38,364 nt of DNA from an uncultured delta proteobacterium (GCA_963711835.1 CAVQFQ010000023.1:1-38364); one strand, 5' to 3'; shown: positions 28,406 through 37,964, counted from the first letter of the stretch. The notes: generated by a model from the sequence alone, not told the origin. Program-made: numbers and translations.

Positions 28406-29491
28406 ATGTCCGACGAAGGCAGACTGCCTTACATCTTCAATTTGAATGAATGTGATCTTACTTCTCTGCCTTATGTGGGCGGGAAGAATGCCAGCCTGGG
28501 TGAAATGATCCGGGCTGGCCTTCCCGTGCCCCCCGGGTTTGCCGTAACCACCGAGGCCTATAGAAAATTTATAAGTCAAAATAGACTTAGAAAACCCATT
28601 AACGACCTGATGCGGGACTTGAATCCCCGGGATATTGAACAGGTGAACGCCACCAGCCAATCCATCCGGCAGATGATCGAAGAGGCCCCTATCTCGGAAG
28701 GCATTGCCGTGGTCATTGAGGATGCCTACAACCGACTCTGGAGGTCCCTGCAGATGCCCCTGGTGCCGGTAGCGGTTCGGTCCAGCGCTACGGCCGAGGA
28801 CCTCCCCGGGGCCAGTTTCGCCGGCCAGCAGGAAACCTACCTGTTTGTCCGTACCGCCGATGAGGTCATCGACAAGGTCAGAAAATGCTGGTCCTCCCTG
28901 TTTACCCCCCGGGCCATCACCTACCGGATCCGGCAAGGCTTCGACCATGAAAAGGTCCTGATCAGTGTGGGCGTGCAAAAGATGGTCAATTCCTTTACCG
29001 CCGGAGTCATGTTTACCCTGAATCCGGCCACCGGGGATGTTTCGGTCATCGTCATCGATGCCAACTGGGGTGTGGGCGAGTCGGTGGTCAGCGGGGTGGT
29101 GACCCCGGACCAGTTTGTGGTGGATAAGATTAATCTGGAGATCCTCAAAAAGACCATTTCCCGAAAAGACGTCTATTTCACCACCAGTCCCGAACGGAAC
29201 AAACTGGTGGAGATGGAAGTCGAAGAGGAACGTAAGGAAGTCCAATCGGTCATCGACAAGGACATTAAGGAACTGGCCCGGTTCGGCAAGTTGATCGAGG
29301 CCCATTACGGGAAGGCCATGGACATCGAATGGGCTATTGATAAGGACCTGCCGGCCGGCGGCAATGTGCGCATCCTGCAGTCCCGCCCGGAAACGGTCTG
29401 GAGCCAGAAAAAGGTGGAACCGGTGGTTCAACCCAAGGCCTCGGCCCTGGAACATATCGTAGCCGGGATGCTGCAGGGAAAGAAGTTCTAA
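28406..29491 (+). CDS. ppsB: Phenylphosphate synthase subunit B-like (PEP-synthase ATP-binding domain)
   Basis: VGGKNASLGEM, VPPGFAV, AVRSSATAEDLPGASFAGQQET, DIEWA, LQSRPET; no His domain. Confidence 0.85.
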   Translation: MSDEGRLPYIFNLNECDLTSLPYVGGKNASLGEMIRAGLPVPPGFAVTTEAYRKFISQNRLRKPINDLMRDLNPRDIEQVNATSQSIRQMIEEAPISEGIAVVIEDAYNRLWRSLQMPLVPVAVRSSATAEDLPGASFAGQQETYLFVRTADEVIDKVRKCWSSLFTPRAITYRIRQGFDHEKVLISVGVQKMVNSFTAGVMFTLNPATGDVSVIVIDANWGVGESVVSGVVTPDQFVVDKINLEILKKTISRKDVYFTTSPERNKLVEMEVEEERKEVQSVIDKDIKELARFGKLIEAHYGKAMDIEWAIDKDLPAGGNVRILQSRPETVWSQKKVEPVVQPKASALEHIVAGMLQGKKF

Positions 29492-29505
29492 CAGGATAAA
29501 AAAGC

Positions 29506-29607
29506 GATACTGGATACTCGATACTGGATTCTGGATAAGCACGAGAGGGTCTATAAATATTTTTGGTTAGGCTGTTATCCAGCATCCAGTATCCAGTATC
29601 AACCATC
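29506..29607. repeat. Heptamer-periodic inverted repeat (GATACTG type)
   Basis: GATACTG GATACTC GATACTG GATTCTG GATAA ... TTATC CAGCATC CAGTATC CAGTATC. Confidence 0.8.
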
Positions 29608-29649
29608 ATAATCCAAAACAATTAAACCCAAGGAGGAAACAGCAGAATT

Positions 29650-31056
29650 ATGAAAGATTTACGCGATTTTATTGCCGTCTGTGAGCCTGAGGGATTGGTC
29701 CACCGGGTCAAAGCAGAGGTAGACTGGAACCTGGAATTGTCTCACATCGCCAAACTGAACGAAGAAAAACTTGGTCCGGCCCTGCTGTTTGAAAACGTGA
29801 AGGGCTATACCAGCCCGGTCATAACCAGCGTCTGTACCACCACCCAGCGACTGGCGGTGCTCATGCGCATGCCCAAGGAAACCAGCCTGGTGGGGCTGAT
29901 GGAGCAGTGGGTCAAGGTGGGCGACAACCTGCTCCCGCCGGTCTGGGTGGAGCGGGACAAGGCCCCCTGCAAGGAAAACATCATGAAGGGAAAGGACATC
30001 GACCTGTTCAAATTCCCGGTGCCCAAGTGGTATCCCAAGGATGGAGGCCGCTTTATCGGCACGGCCCATTACATCATCAGCAAGGACCCGGATTCCGGCT
30101 GGATTAACCTGGGGACCTACCGCTCCCAGTTGCTGGAAAAGGACAAGATCGGCACCCAGTTCATCAAGGGCAAACACGCCGACATCATGCTCAAGAAATA
30201 CCAGGCTTTGAAAAAGCCCATGCCGGTGGCCTCGGTCATCGGGGGCGATCCCCTGCTGTTTATTCTGGGGGCGGCCAGGCTTTCAGCCTTCACCTCCGAA
30301 TACGATGTAGCCGGGGCCATTGTCGGCTCCCCCATCGAGGTGGTCAAGGGGGAGACGGTCGACCTGCCCATCCCGGCCTATGCCGAGATCGTTATTGAGG
30401 GATTGGTGGACGCGGAAAAATTTCTCCCCGAAGGCCCCTTCGGGGAATACACCGGCTACTATTCCGGAGTGGGCACGGACCCCCGGAATTATATTGATGT
30501 CCAATGCGTCACCTTTCGAAACAACCCTATTCTCTGGGGGACCACGGTCGGCCGGGCCGTGACCGACACCCACATGACCATGGCCCTCTCCTATGGGGCA
30601 ACCCTCTGGCAGCAGTTGACCGCCATGAAGATCCCGGGCATCAAATCGGTTTATTGCCCTCCGGAAGGCTCGGGCCGGTTTCTGGCCATTATCTCCATGA
30701 AGCAGATGTATCCGGGGCACGCCGACCAGGTCTTGACCGCGGCCATCTCCACCGAAATGGGGGCCTACGGATTGAAGACCGTCATCGTAGTGGACGACGA
30801 CATCGACGCCTGGGACATCCCCCGGGTCCTGTATGCCCTGAGCTTCCGCTTTCAACCCAACCGCAGCCAGGTCATCAAGCGCGGCAGATCCACGCCTTTG
30901 GACCCCTCCCTGCCCATCGATGCCCGGGATATCACCGGCCGGCTGCTCTTGGACGCCACCATTCCCTATGATTGGAAGGAGAAACCGATTCCGATCGCCC
31001 TGGATCCGGACATCGTCAAACAGGTTCAGGGCCGCTGGAAGGAATTGGGGTTCTAA
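29650..31056 (+). CDS. ppcB: UbiD-family carboxylase, phenylphosphate carboxylase beta subunit-like
   Basis: EVDWNLELSHIAKLNEEKLGPALLFE, DGGRFIGT, NLGTYR, EGPFGEYTGYY, KQMYPGH, KRGRSTPLDP match recalled PpcB motifs; adjacent to ppsAB. Confidence 0.85.
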   Translation: MKDLRDFIAVCEPEGLVHRVKAEVDWNLELSHIAKLNEEKLGPALLFENVKGYTSPVITSVCTTTQRLAVLMRMPKETSLVGLMEQWVKVGDNLLPPVWVERDKAPCKENIMKGKDIDLFKFPVPKWYPKDGGRFIGTAHYIISKDPDSGWINLGTYRSQLLEKDKIGTQFIKGKHADIMLKKYQALKKPMPVASVIGGDPLLFILGAARLSAFTSEYDVAGAIVGSPIEVVKGETVDLPIPAYAEIVIEGLVDAEKFLPEGPFGEYTGYYSGVGTDPRNYIDVQCVTFRNNPILWGTTVGRAVTDTHMTMALSYGATLWQQLTAMKIPGIKSVYCPPEGSGRFLAIISMKQMYPGHADQVLTAAISTEMGAYGLKTVIVVDDDIDAWDIPRVLYALSFRFQPNRSQVIKRGRSTPLDPSLPIDARDITGRLLLDATIPYDWKEKPIPIALDPDIVKQVQGRWKELGF

Positions 31057-31091
31057 CCGCCTGAACCGTAGTCGGCATCCTCCTCATTTTT

Positions 31092-31136
31092 CCCTGGCCC
31101 CTCTCTTTCCTTTGGCAGGAAAGGGAGGGGCCAGGG
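31092..31136. repeat. 20-bp GC-rich hairpin (REP-like or mRNA-stabilising element)
   Basis: CCCTGGCCCCTCTCTTTCCT-TTGGC-AGGAAAGGGAGGGGCCAGGG (one G-U pair); no U-tract on the + strand. Confidence 0.65.
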
Positions 31137-31203
31137 GGGAGTTTCAGCTTCGCGGGTGTCCGCCGCGGGCCGGGGGTTTAATACGAAAACAAAAACGAAT
31201 AAT

Positions 31204-31281
31204 GAATATCGAACGCCGAATGGTGAATTACGAAGTAAGAAACTTCATCATTCATTATTCCTTGTTCGGCGTTCGATATTC
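31204..31281. repeat. Heptamer-periodic inverted repeat (GAATATC type)
   Basis: Perfect 17-bp arms GAATATCGAACGCCGAA / TTCGGCGTTCGATATTC. Confidence 0.8.
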
Positions 31282-31307
31282 GTTTTAATTCTTAATGGAG
31301 GTCCCTT

Positions 31308-32960
31308 TTGAAACCCATACGCTACACGCAGGAAATGGTCGATGAATATACTCGTGACGGGTACTGGACCAATGAAACTTTTTATGATTTTTATGATCGC
31401 AATGTGCGGGAATTCGGGGACCGCGAGGCCCTGGTGGATTCCAAATACCGCTTGACCTGGGCCCAGGCTAAACGGCTGACCGACGGTATTGCCCAGACCT
31501 GGGCCAAAATGGGCCTGGCCAAGGATGCCCGCATCATTATCCAGTCTCCCAATAGTGTCTATGGATTCCTGGCCCGGATTGCCAGCGAGCGGGCCGGCCT
31601 GATTTCTCTGACGGTCTATCCCTATTTGCGGGAGCGGGAGTTGGAACACTTCGTGGAACGCACCCAGGCCGAGGCGGTCATCATTTGTTATATTTACCGC
31701 AACTTCAATTACCTGGAAATGTATAAGGGATTGCAGGCCCGCTTCCCCTTCCTGAAGCACATCTTTCTTTTTGAGGAGACGGTCCCCCCGGAGGCCCCGG
31801 AGAACACCTATTCCCTGATCAAACTGGCGGAGGAATCTCTGGGCAAACCGATCGACGAAGCCCTGCTCAATTCGCGGCGCTTCGATCCCAAGTGGGACGT
31901 AGGCCTGCTGACCAGTACCACCGGGACCACCGGTCTGCCCAAGCTGGTCGAATGGCCCCTCGCCCCCCGGGTCTGCACCTCCAAGGGCCGGGTGGATATC
32001 TGGAAGCTGAATAGAAACGACATCACCATGGCCATTGCCCCCCATGCCGGCGGAGCAGCCGGAACGCTGACCTACTTTGCCGCCCCTCTGGCCGGGGCCA
32101 AAACCGTTATGCTGGAGGAATTCAACCCCGAGGCGGCCCTGGCCCTGATCGAAAAGGAAAAGGCCACGGCCATCGGAGTGGTCCCGACCCACCTGGTCCG
32201 GATGCTGGAGGTCGATACATCGAAGTATGACTTGAGCTCCCTGCGTTTCATCCGTTCAGCCGGCGGCTACTTGTCGCCCCAGGTGGCCGAGGAGGCTGAA
32301 AAGGCCTTCGGCGCGGCTATCACCAGTGATCTGGGCACTCAGGATGTAGGCTCCGTCTCCGGCTGTTCGGTGGATGACTCCAAAGACCTGCGCCGCCGGA
32401 CGGTGGGGCGGATGCTCCCGGGCAATAAGGTCATCCTTAAAGACGAACAGGGCCAGCCGGTCCCCGATGGAGAACCCGGGATCCTCTGGTTCCGGGGCCC
32501 CCATGCCCCGGCCGGTTACTTTCGCGATCCCGAATTGACCGCCACGGTATTTGATAAGGACGGCTGGACCACCACCGGCGACATCGTCAAGTTCGACCAG
32601 GGCTGCCTCTGGATCCTGGGCCGGGCCAAAGACATGATCATCCGGGGCGGACAGAACATTTACCCGGCGGAGATTGAAGGCCTGCTGAACGGCCATCCAA
32701 AGGTGGCCAGTGTGGCCGTGGTCGGCTACCCCGATAAGGAGATGGGCGAACGGGCCTGCGCCTATGTGGTCCCCAAAGCCGGACAGTCCCTCACCTTTGA
32801 AGAGATGAAGGCCTTCCTGAAAGAGAAAAAGATCTCCGCCTATAAACTGCCGGAGCGCCTGGAAGTGGTCTCGGCCCTGCCGACCGTGGGCGACTCCGGC
32901 AAGATTGACAAGAAGGTCCTGAAAACGCAGTTGGAAGAACTGGTCAAAGCGGGAACATAA
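31308..32960 (+). CDS. AMP-forming aryl/acyl-CoA ligase (DhbE/EntE-like N-terminus)
   Basis: EYTRDGYWT, TSTTGTTGLPK, TTGDI, GRAKDMIIRGGQNIYPAEIE, MGERACA, KLPERLE, SGKIDK. TTG start behind GGAGG. Confidence 0.9.
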   Translation: MKPIRYTQEMVDEYTRDGYWTNETFYDFYDRNVREFGDREALVDSKYRLTWAQAKRLTDGIAQTWAKMGLAKDARIIIQSPNSVYGFLARIASERAGLISLTVYPYLRERELEHFVERTQAEAVIICYIYRNFNYLEMYKGLQARFPFLKHIFLFEETVPPEAPENTYSLIKLAEESLGKPIDEALLNSRRFDPKWDVGLLTSTTGTTGLPKLVEWPLAPRVCTSKGRVDIWKLNRNDITMAIAPHAGGAAGTLTYFAAPLAGAKTVMLEEFNPEAALALIEKEKATAIGVVPTHLVRMLEVDTSKYDLSSLRFIRSAGGYLSPQVAEEAEKAFGAAITSDLGTQDVGSVSGCSVDDSKDLRRRTVGRMLPGNKVILKDEQGQPVPDGEPGILWFRGPHAPAGYFRDPELTATVFDKDGWTTTGDIVKFDQGCLWILGRAKDMIIRGGQNIYPAEIEGLLNGHPKVASVAVVGYPDKEMGERACAYVVPKAGQSLTFEEMKAFLKEKKISAYKLPERLEVVSALPTVGDSGKIDKKVLKTQLEELVKAGT

Positions 32961-32963
32961 TCC

Positions 32964-33082
32964 GGATACTGGATAAAGACCAAAAACGATACTGGAAAAC
33001 TACTTAAGACATAATTCAAACAATGGATCTCTTATGTATTATCCAGTCATCCAGTATCGTTTTTGGTCATTATCCAGTATCC
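32964..33082. repeat. 33-bp inverted repeat with GATACTG units
   Basis: GGATACTGGATAAAGACCAAAAACGATACTGGA (32964-32996) pairs with 33050-33082 with one mismatch. Confidence 0.85.
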
Positions 33083-33127
33083 AGCATCAGCAAGTTAAAT
33101 TTTCCATATTAAAAGGCCGATGAGGAA

Positions 33128-34351
33128 ATGGACCCATCCATTCTAATCCTATCCACCCTCGACACCAAATCCGCAGAAACCTTTTATCTCCGCGATCGGA
33201 TCCAGGCCTTGGGCTGCCGGACCTTGACCATGGATCTCTCCATGGCTGCACCGGCCAAGGAAAAAGCGGACATTTCGCCGGATGAGGTGGCCCGGCAGGG
33301 CGGCACCGCGATTGAGACCGTACGCGCCTCCCGCGACCGGACCGCCATTACCAGGGATATGACCCAGGGGGCAATCAAAATCGCCCGAAAGCTGCTGGAG
33401 GAAGGGCGGTTGGCCGGTGCCGTCGGCTTGGGCGGCGCCACCCTTTCCATGATTGCCACCACGATCATGCGCTCCCTGCCCTTTGGGGTCCCCAAGTTAA
33501 TGATTTCCTCTTCTGCGGCCCTGCCCGGCCTTTCAACCCGCTACATCGGCACCGGGGATATCGTCCTCTTTCACACGGTTATTGAACTTTCAGGATTAAG
33601 TCCTCACCTCCGTAATGTGCTTAATCGTGCAGCCAGGACTATCTGCGCCATGAGCCAGGAACCTTCTTTTTCTTCCCAATCGGCCAAAGAACCTGGAACC
33701 AGACAAATAGCCCTTTCCATGTTCGGGCCCTGTGATAAATGCGCCCATATAATCCAAGAGAGTTTGACGAAAAAGGGATTTCAGGTGATTGGGTTTCATG
33801 CCGCCGGTATTTGCGACCGGGCCATGGAAGAGATGATCGGACAGGGATTTTTTGACGGGGTAGTGGACCTGGCGCCGGCCGGGGTGACCGAACAGGTGCT
33901 GGGGGGCATGAGGGCCGCCGGGCCCGGCCGAATGGAGGCAGCCGGGAAAATGGGGATCCCGCAGGTAATCGCCCCCAGCGGGGTAAATTTCATGAGCCCC
34001 AATCGCAAAAATTACAAACCCGATTATTCCCAACGCCGCAAACACGACCTGGATAAGGACCGCACCTGGCTTCGCTTAAACACCGAGGAATTAAAGCAGG
34101 TAGCTCAGGTCATGGCCCAAAAGCTGAATCAGTCCCAGGGCCCGGTATATTTCCTCATCCCCACTCAAGGCTGGTCAACAGCCGATGAACCAGGAAGCGC
34201 CGCCTACGATCCGGCGGAGGACCAGATCTTTACGGAAACCTTAAGAAAGCTGTGCAAACCGGAAGTTACCATACAAACGGTCGAAACCTATCTCAATGAC
34301 GCGGTCTTCGCCCAAGTCGTGGTGGAAACCCTAACCAAAGCCTTCAAATAA
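33128..34351 (+). CDS. Tm-1-like ATP-binding protein (UPF0261), copy 1
   Basis: STLDTK, MRSLPFGVPKLMISS, FHAAG...AMEE, GRMEAA...IPQVIAP, LIPTQGWS. Confidence 0.85.
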   Translation: MDPSILILSTLDTKSAETFYLRDRIQALGCRTLTMDLSMAAPAKEKADISPDEVARQGGTAIETVRASRDRTAITRDMTQGAIKIARKLLEEGRLAGAVGLGGATLSMIATTIMRSLPFGVPKLMISSSAALPGLSTRYIGTGDIVLFHTVIELSGLSPHLRNVLNRAARTICAMSQEPSFSSQSAKEPGTRQIALSMFGPCDKCAHIIQESLTKKGFQVIGFHAAGICDRAMEEMIGQGFFDGVVDLAPAGVTEQVLGGMRAAGPGRMEAAGKMGIPQVIAPSGVNFMSPNRKNYKPDYSQRRKHDLDKDRTWLRLNTEELKQVAQVMAQKLNQSQGPVYFLIPTQGWSTADEPGSAAYDPAEDQIFTETLRKLCKPEVTIQTVETYLNDAVFAQVVVETLTKAFK

Positions 34352-34740
34352 TGAAACCCTTTTCTTGGTCCGTAAAAAAGGACCGTTTTCTTTTAAAGGC
34401 CTCGGGACATCTGATCGGGCAGGATCTATTGATTGCCATCTGGGGAGGCACTCATCCCCACATCGGAGCCGTGGGCTTGGCCGTTCCGCGTCCCAGTTTG
34501 CGTAATAAAAGGAAGACCAGTGCCACCTCTTCAGTTTTAGCCTTGCTGGGACACAAGGAGGATGGTACGGTCAAGATGGTTTCGGAGGCCCTCGCTTCAG
34601 CCCTGAAAAAAAATGTAGTGGTGACGGCTGGTATTCACTGGGATAATTTAAAGACCGAGGAGATTGAAATCATCGTCTTAATGACGGGGCGGTTGACCGA
34701 GAAGATTATTGAAAAAATAATGAGAGTCAGCCATGTCTAA
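34351..34740 (+). CDS. LpdD-like prenylated-flavin chaperone
   Basis: GQDLLIAIWGG-HPHIGAV, GHKE, VVTAGIHWD; immediately upstream of ubiX. Confidence 0.75.
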   Translation: MKPFSWSVKKDRFLLKASGHLIGQDLLIAIWGGTHPHIGAVGLAVPRPSLRNKRKTSATSSVLALLGHKEDGTVKMVSEALASALKKNVVVTAGIHWDNLKTEEIEIIVLMTGRLTEKIIEKIMRVSHV

Positions 34741-35308
34741 CAAAGGATTAATCGTCGGCATCTCCGGGGCCTCGGGAGCCATCTACGGCATCCGGCTCTT
34801 GGAGATGTTAAATAAAATAGGGGTTGCTACTCACCTGATCATCACCGGCGCCGCTCAAAAAACCATTCAGTTGGAAACCGATTACACGCTGGATGAGGTA
34901 AAGACGCTGGCTACGGTTTGTTATGATCTCGATGATATCGCCGCCCCTGTTTCCAGCGGCTCTTTTAATATGACCAGGGGCATGGTGATATTGCCCTGTT
35001 CCATCAAGACCCTCTCGGCCCTGGCCAATTCCTTCAATGTCAACATCCTGATCCGGGCTGCTGATGTGACCCTGAAAGAACGGAGAAAATTGGTGGTGGC
35101 CATCCGGGAAACCCCCTTGCATGAGGGGCATCTGGATTTGATGCTTCGCCTGACCCGGATGGGGGCTATTTTATTTCCCCCGGTTCCGGCCTTTTACCAT
35201 CATCCCAAAACCCTGGAAGATATCATTCATCACAGCCTGGGAAAGATTTTAGATCTCTTTGATTTGGAGGCCCCCTCCTTTAAACGCTGGACCGGAGTGC
35301 CTAAATGA
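34733..35308 (+). CDS. ubiX: Flavin prenyltransferase
   Basis: GISGASGAIYG, SSGS, PCSIKTL, RAADVTLKERR, RETP, PPVPAFY. Confidence 0.95.
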   Translation: MSNKGLIVGISGASGAIYGIRLLEMLNKIGVATHLIITGAAQKTIQLETDYTLDEVKTLATVCYDLDDIAAPVSSGSFNMTRGMVILPCSIKTLSALANSFNVNILIRAADVTLKERRKLVVAIRETPLHEGHLDLMLRLTRMGAILFPPVPAFYHHPKTLEDIIHHSLGKILDLFDLEAPSFKRWTGVPK

Positions 35309-36543
35309 AGGGTCGTGGTTCCAAAGCCATCGTAGCCGTACTGGCCACCCTGGATACCAAAGGGGTCGAGGTGGCTTTCTTAAGGGATCGTCTTCGGGAG
35401 GCCGGGGTTCAGGTGAGGATAATTGACGCCGGGATCATGGGACCCCCGACCATTCCCCCGGATATCCCCGCCAGCCTTTTGGCTCGAAAAGCGGGGAGCT
35501 CCTTATCCGCCATCCGGAGCCTGGGCCACGAGGGTCAGGCTATGGGACGAATGATTCAGGGTGCGGTTCGGGTCGTTCATGACCTTTATCGCCAGGGTGA
35601 TATCCATGGTCTTATCGGTCTCGGAGGCTCCATGGGTACCTCATTGGGTACGGGTGTTATGAGGACCCTGCCCTTCGGCTTTCCTAAACTGATGGTTTCC
35701 ACAATGGCCTCTCGCGACACCCGCCCTTTCGTGGGCTCCAAGGATATCCTGATGTACCATTCGGTGGTGGACCTGGTGGGTTTGAACCGTATGACCCGTC
35801 AGGTGTTGACCCGTGCTGCTTGGGCCGTGGCGGGAATGGTCCAGGCCAAGGACGTCAATGACCCTTCATCCCGGTCCCCGCTGGTTGCCGTCAGCACCCT
35901 GGGTACCACCGAGGCCTGTATCAGACATTTCAAACCGGATCTGGAAAAAGCCGGCTGGGAAATGGCTGTCTTCCATACGGTCGGCTCCGGTGGATTGGCC
36001 CTGGAGGAATTGGTCGAAGAGGGTATTGCCCAGGCGGTTATCGAAGTTTCCCTTCATGAATTGGTGGACCACTTGTTTAAAGGCTCTTACGATGCCGGCC
36101 CCTATCGCCTGGAAGCCTCCCTGAAAAAAGGGCTTCCCACCCTGTTGATCCCGGGGAACATAGATTTTATTGTCAGCGGCCCCCCGGAAAGCCTGCCATC
36201 TCGATATAAAAACCGCCCGATTCATGTACACAACTCAGCCATTTGTGTAGTCCGGACCAATGCTCAGGAAATGAAGCGTCTGGCTTCCTGGCTGGCGGAT
36301 CGTCTCCGCCTGGCCACCGGACCGGTAGCCTTACTTATTCCCACCCTGGGCTTTTCAGCTTTTGACAGTCCGGGAAAACCGTTTTATGACTTGAGAACCG
36401 ACCAGGTTTTTACGGACACCATAAAGAAACGGATCCCAAAAAACATCATCGTTAAGGAGATCGCAACCCATATTAATGATCCCCTGTTCGCCTGGGAGGT
36501 GTCGGGAATCTTTAACCAACTGATTCGCAGCCACCGTTCATGA
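35305..36543 (+). CDS. Tm-1-like ATP-binding protein (UPF0261), copy 2
   Basis: ATLDTKG, GLGGSMGT, LPFGFPKLMVSTMAS, SVVDLVGLN, FHTVGSGG, HINDPLFA. Confidence 0.88.
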   Translation: MKGRGSKAIVAVLATLDTKGVEVAFLRDRLREAGVQVRIIDAGIMGPPTIPPDIPASLLARKAGSSLSAIRSLGHEGQAMGRMIQGAVRVVHDLYRQGDIHGLIGLGGSMGTSLGTGVMRTLPFGFPKLMVSTMASRDTRPFVGSKDILMYHSVVDLVGLNRMTRQVLTRAAWAVAGMVQAKDVNDPSSRSPLVAVSTLGTTEACIRHFKPDLEKAGWEMAVFHTVGSGGLALEELVEEGIAQAVIEVSLHELVDHLFKGSYDAGPYRLEASLKKGLPTLLIPGNIDFIVSGPPESLPSRYKNRPIHVHNSAICVVRTNAQEMKRLASWLADRLRLATGPVALLIPTLGFSAFDSPGKPFYDLRTDQVFTDTIKKRIPKNIIVKEIATHINDPLFAWEVSGIFNQLIRSHRS

Positions 36544-37157
36544 GATCTTCACTTTCCGAATGGGTAACCCAGCTTAAGGAAAAAGCCCGTCCCTACTTGA
36601 TTAAAGGGAGGTCGGACGATTGGGAGCATACGCTGCGGGCCCTGGAATATGGAAAGACCCTTAACCAAGAGGAAGGCGGTGACCCGGAGATAATCCTGAC
36701 CGCCCTGGTGCTGCATGATATCGGCTGGAGCCGGGTGGCCTTGAACGATTTTTTGGAGGCCCCCATGTTCGAGAAAAAGGACACAAAAAGTGCCCTGAAG
36801 CACATGGAGCAGAGCACTCTTCTGGCCCGGGAGATCCTTCAGGAACTCAAATTTCCCAAAGAAAAAATGGGTCCGGTCTTGACCATTATTGCCGATCATG
36901 ACCGACCGGATCGCCTTCGGGAAATGAAATGGTTGGAGGCCACGCTGGTCTTTGAAGCGGATCGGCTGGATCGTTTCGGGCCGGAAAGCCTCCGGCGTTA
37001 TGAAAAAATGTTCGGCCGGGAATTTCTCCAGGAAGGCCGCCGCTACCTCCTGGAAGGGGCAAAAGTCTGGTTTCAGACCTCCACGGGAAAAAGGATGGTC
37101 CATGAAATATTAGTCCAAGACCCGCCTGTGCTGGAAGATACACGGAAAGAAAAATAG
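36540..37157 (+). CDS. HD-domain phosphohydrolase
   Basis: EHTLR...LHDIG...H...DHD...EADRLD metal-binding motif; start overlaps the upstream stop (ATGA). Confidence 0.85.
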   Translation: MRSSLSEWVTQLKEKARPYLIKGRSDDWEHTLRALEYGKTLNQEEGGDPEIILTALVLHDIGWSRVALNDFLEAPMFEKKDTKSALKHMEQSTLLAREILQELKFPKEKMGPVLTIIADHDRPDRLREMKWLEATLVFEADRLDRFGPESLRRYEKMFGREFLQEGRRYLLEGAKVWFQTSTGKRMVHEILVQDPPVLEDTRKEK

Positions 37158-37217
37158 CCTGTGAGTCCCCATGGATGAATTCGTAATAGGTGAATGGAAT
37201 AGAGGTGATTGATCCGT

Positions 37218-37961
37218 ATGCTCACGGCCGACGAACGGCAAAGGTACGACCGCCAAATCCTGATAAAGGAAATCGGGGAGGAAGGGCAGGAGAAGCTCAA
37301 ACGGGCCAAAGTGTTGGTGGCCGGTGCCGGCGGCCTTGGATCCCCTATTTGCCTCTATCTGGCCGCGGCCGGGATCGGGATGATCCGTATTGTTGACCAT
37401 GATACGGTTGATCTCAGCAATCTGAATCGTCAGATATTGCACGGCACTGCAGATATAGGTCGTCCCAAGGTGGATTCGGCCAAGGACAAACTGGCAATCC
37501 TGAATGCCGCAGTAAAAATTGAAGCCATTTCAGTGGCTATCACCGAAGACAACATCAATAGCCTTATCAAGGACTGCGATCTCATGGTCGACGCTATGGA
37601 CAACTTGCCGACACGATATATCTTAAATAAAGCAGCTATTGAAAAAGGCCTTCCCTTTTTTCATGGGGCGGTGCGGGGGCTTGAGGGAAGGGCGATGACT
37701 ATTATCCCGGGCAAGACGCCGTGTCTGAGGTGTATGTATCACGGCGATGTGCCCCAAGAAAAATTCCCGGTAATCGGGGTCGCACCGGCGGTTATCGGCA
37801 GCATCCAGGCCACGGAAGTCATTAAATACCTGGTTGGTATGGGTGACCTTCTAACCGGCAGGTTGTTGATCTATGATGGAATGCGTATGGAATTTAGGGA
37901 ATTCAAGGTGATGAGAAATCCGCAATGCGAGCATTGTGGTGAAAAAATGAAGAGGAGTTGA
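37218..37961 (+). CDS. MoeB/ThiF-family adenylyltransferase
   Basis: RYDRQI, GAGGLG, DTVDLSNLNRQ, DAMDN, PCLRC, CEHC. Confidence 0.92.
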   Translation: MLTADERQRYDRQILIKEIGEEGQEKLKRAKVLVAGAGGLGSPICLYLAAAGIGMIRIVDHDTVDLSNLNRQILHGTADIGRPKVDSAKDKLAILNAAVKIEAISVAITEDNINSLIKDCDLMVDAMDNLPTRYILNKAAIEKGLPFFHGAVRGLEGRAMTIIPGKTPCLRCMYHGDVPQEKFPVIGVAPAVIGSIQATEVIKYLVGMGDLLTGRLLIYDGMRMEFREFKVMRNPQCEHCGEKMKRS

Positions 37962-37964
37962 TGC

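Noticed and set aside
26558-29491. Split PEP synthase or rifampin phosphotransferase
   Set aside because: No pyruvate-binding domain; the N-terminal motifs and adjacency to a PpcB-like UbiD favour phenylphosphate synthase.
28115-29542. 475-aa minus-strand ORF and other long antisense ORFs (e.g. 5131..6156, 7793..8695, 31248..32192)
   Set aside because: They overlap well-supported genes on the opposite strand and carry no motifs; expected from GC-rich codon bias.
29506-33082. CRISPR array interpretation of the GATACTG repeats
   Set aside because: Units are 7 nt, tandem and inverted, with no unique spacers or cas genes.
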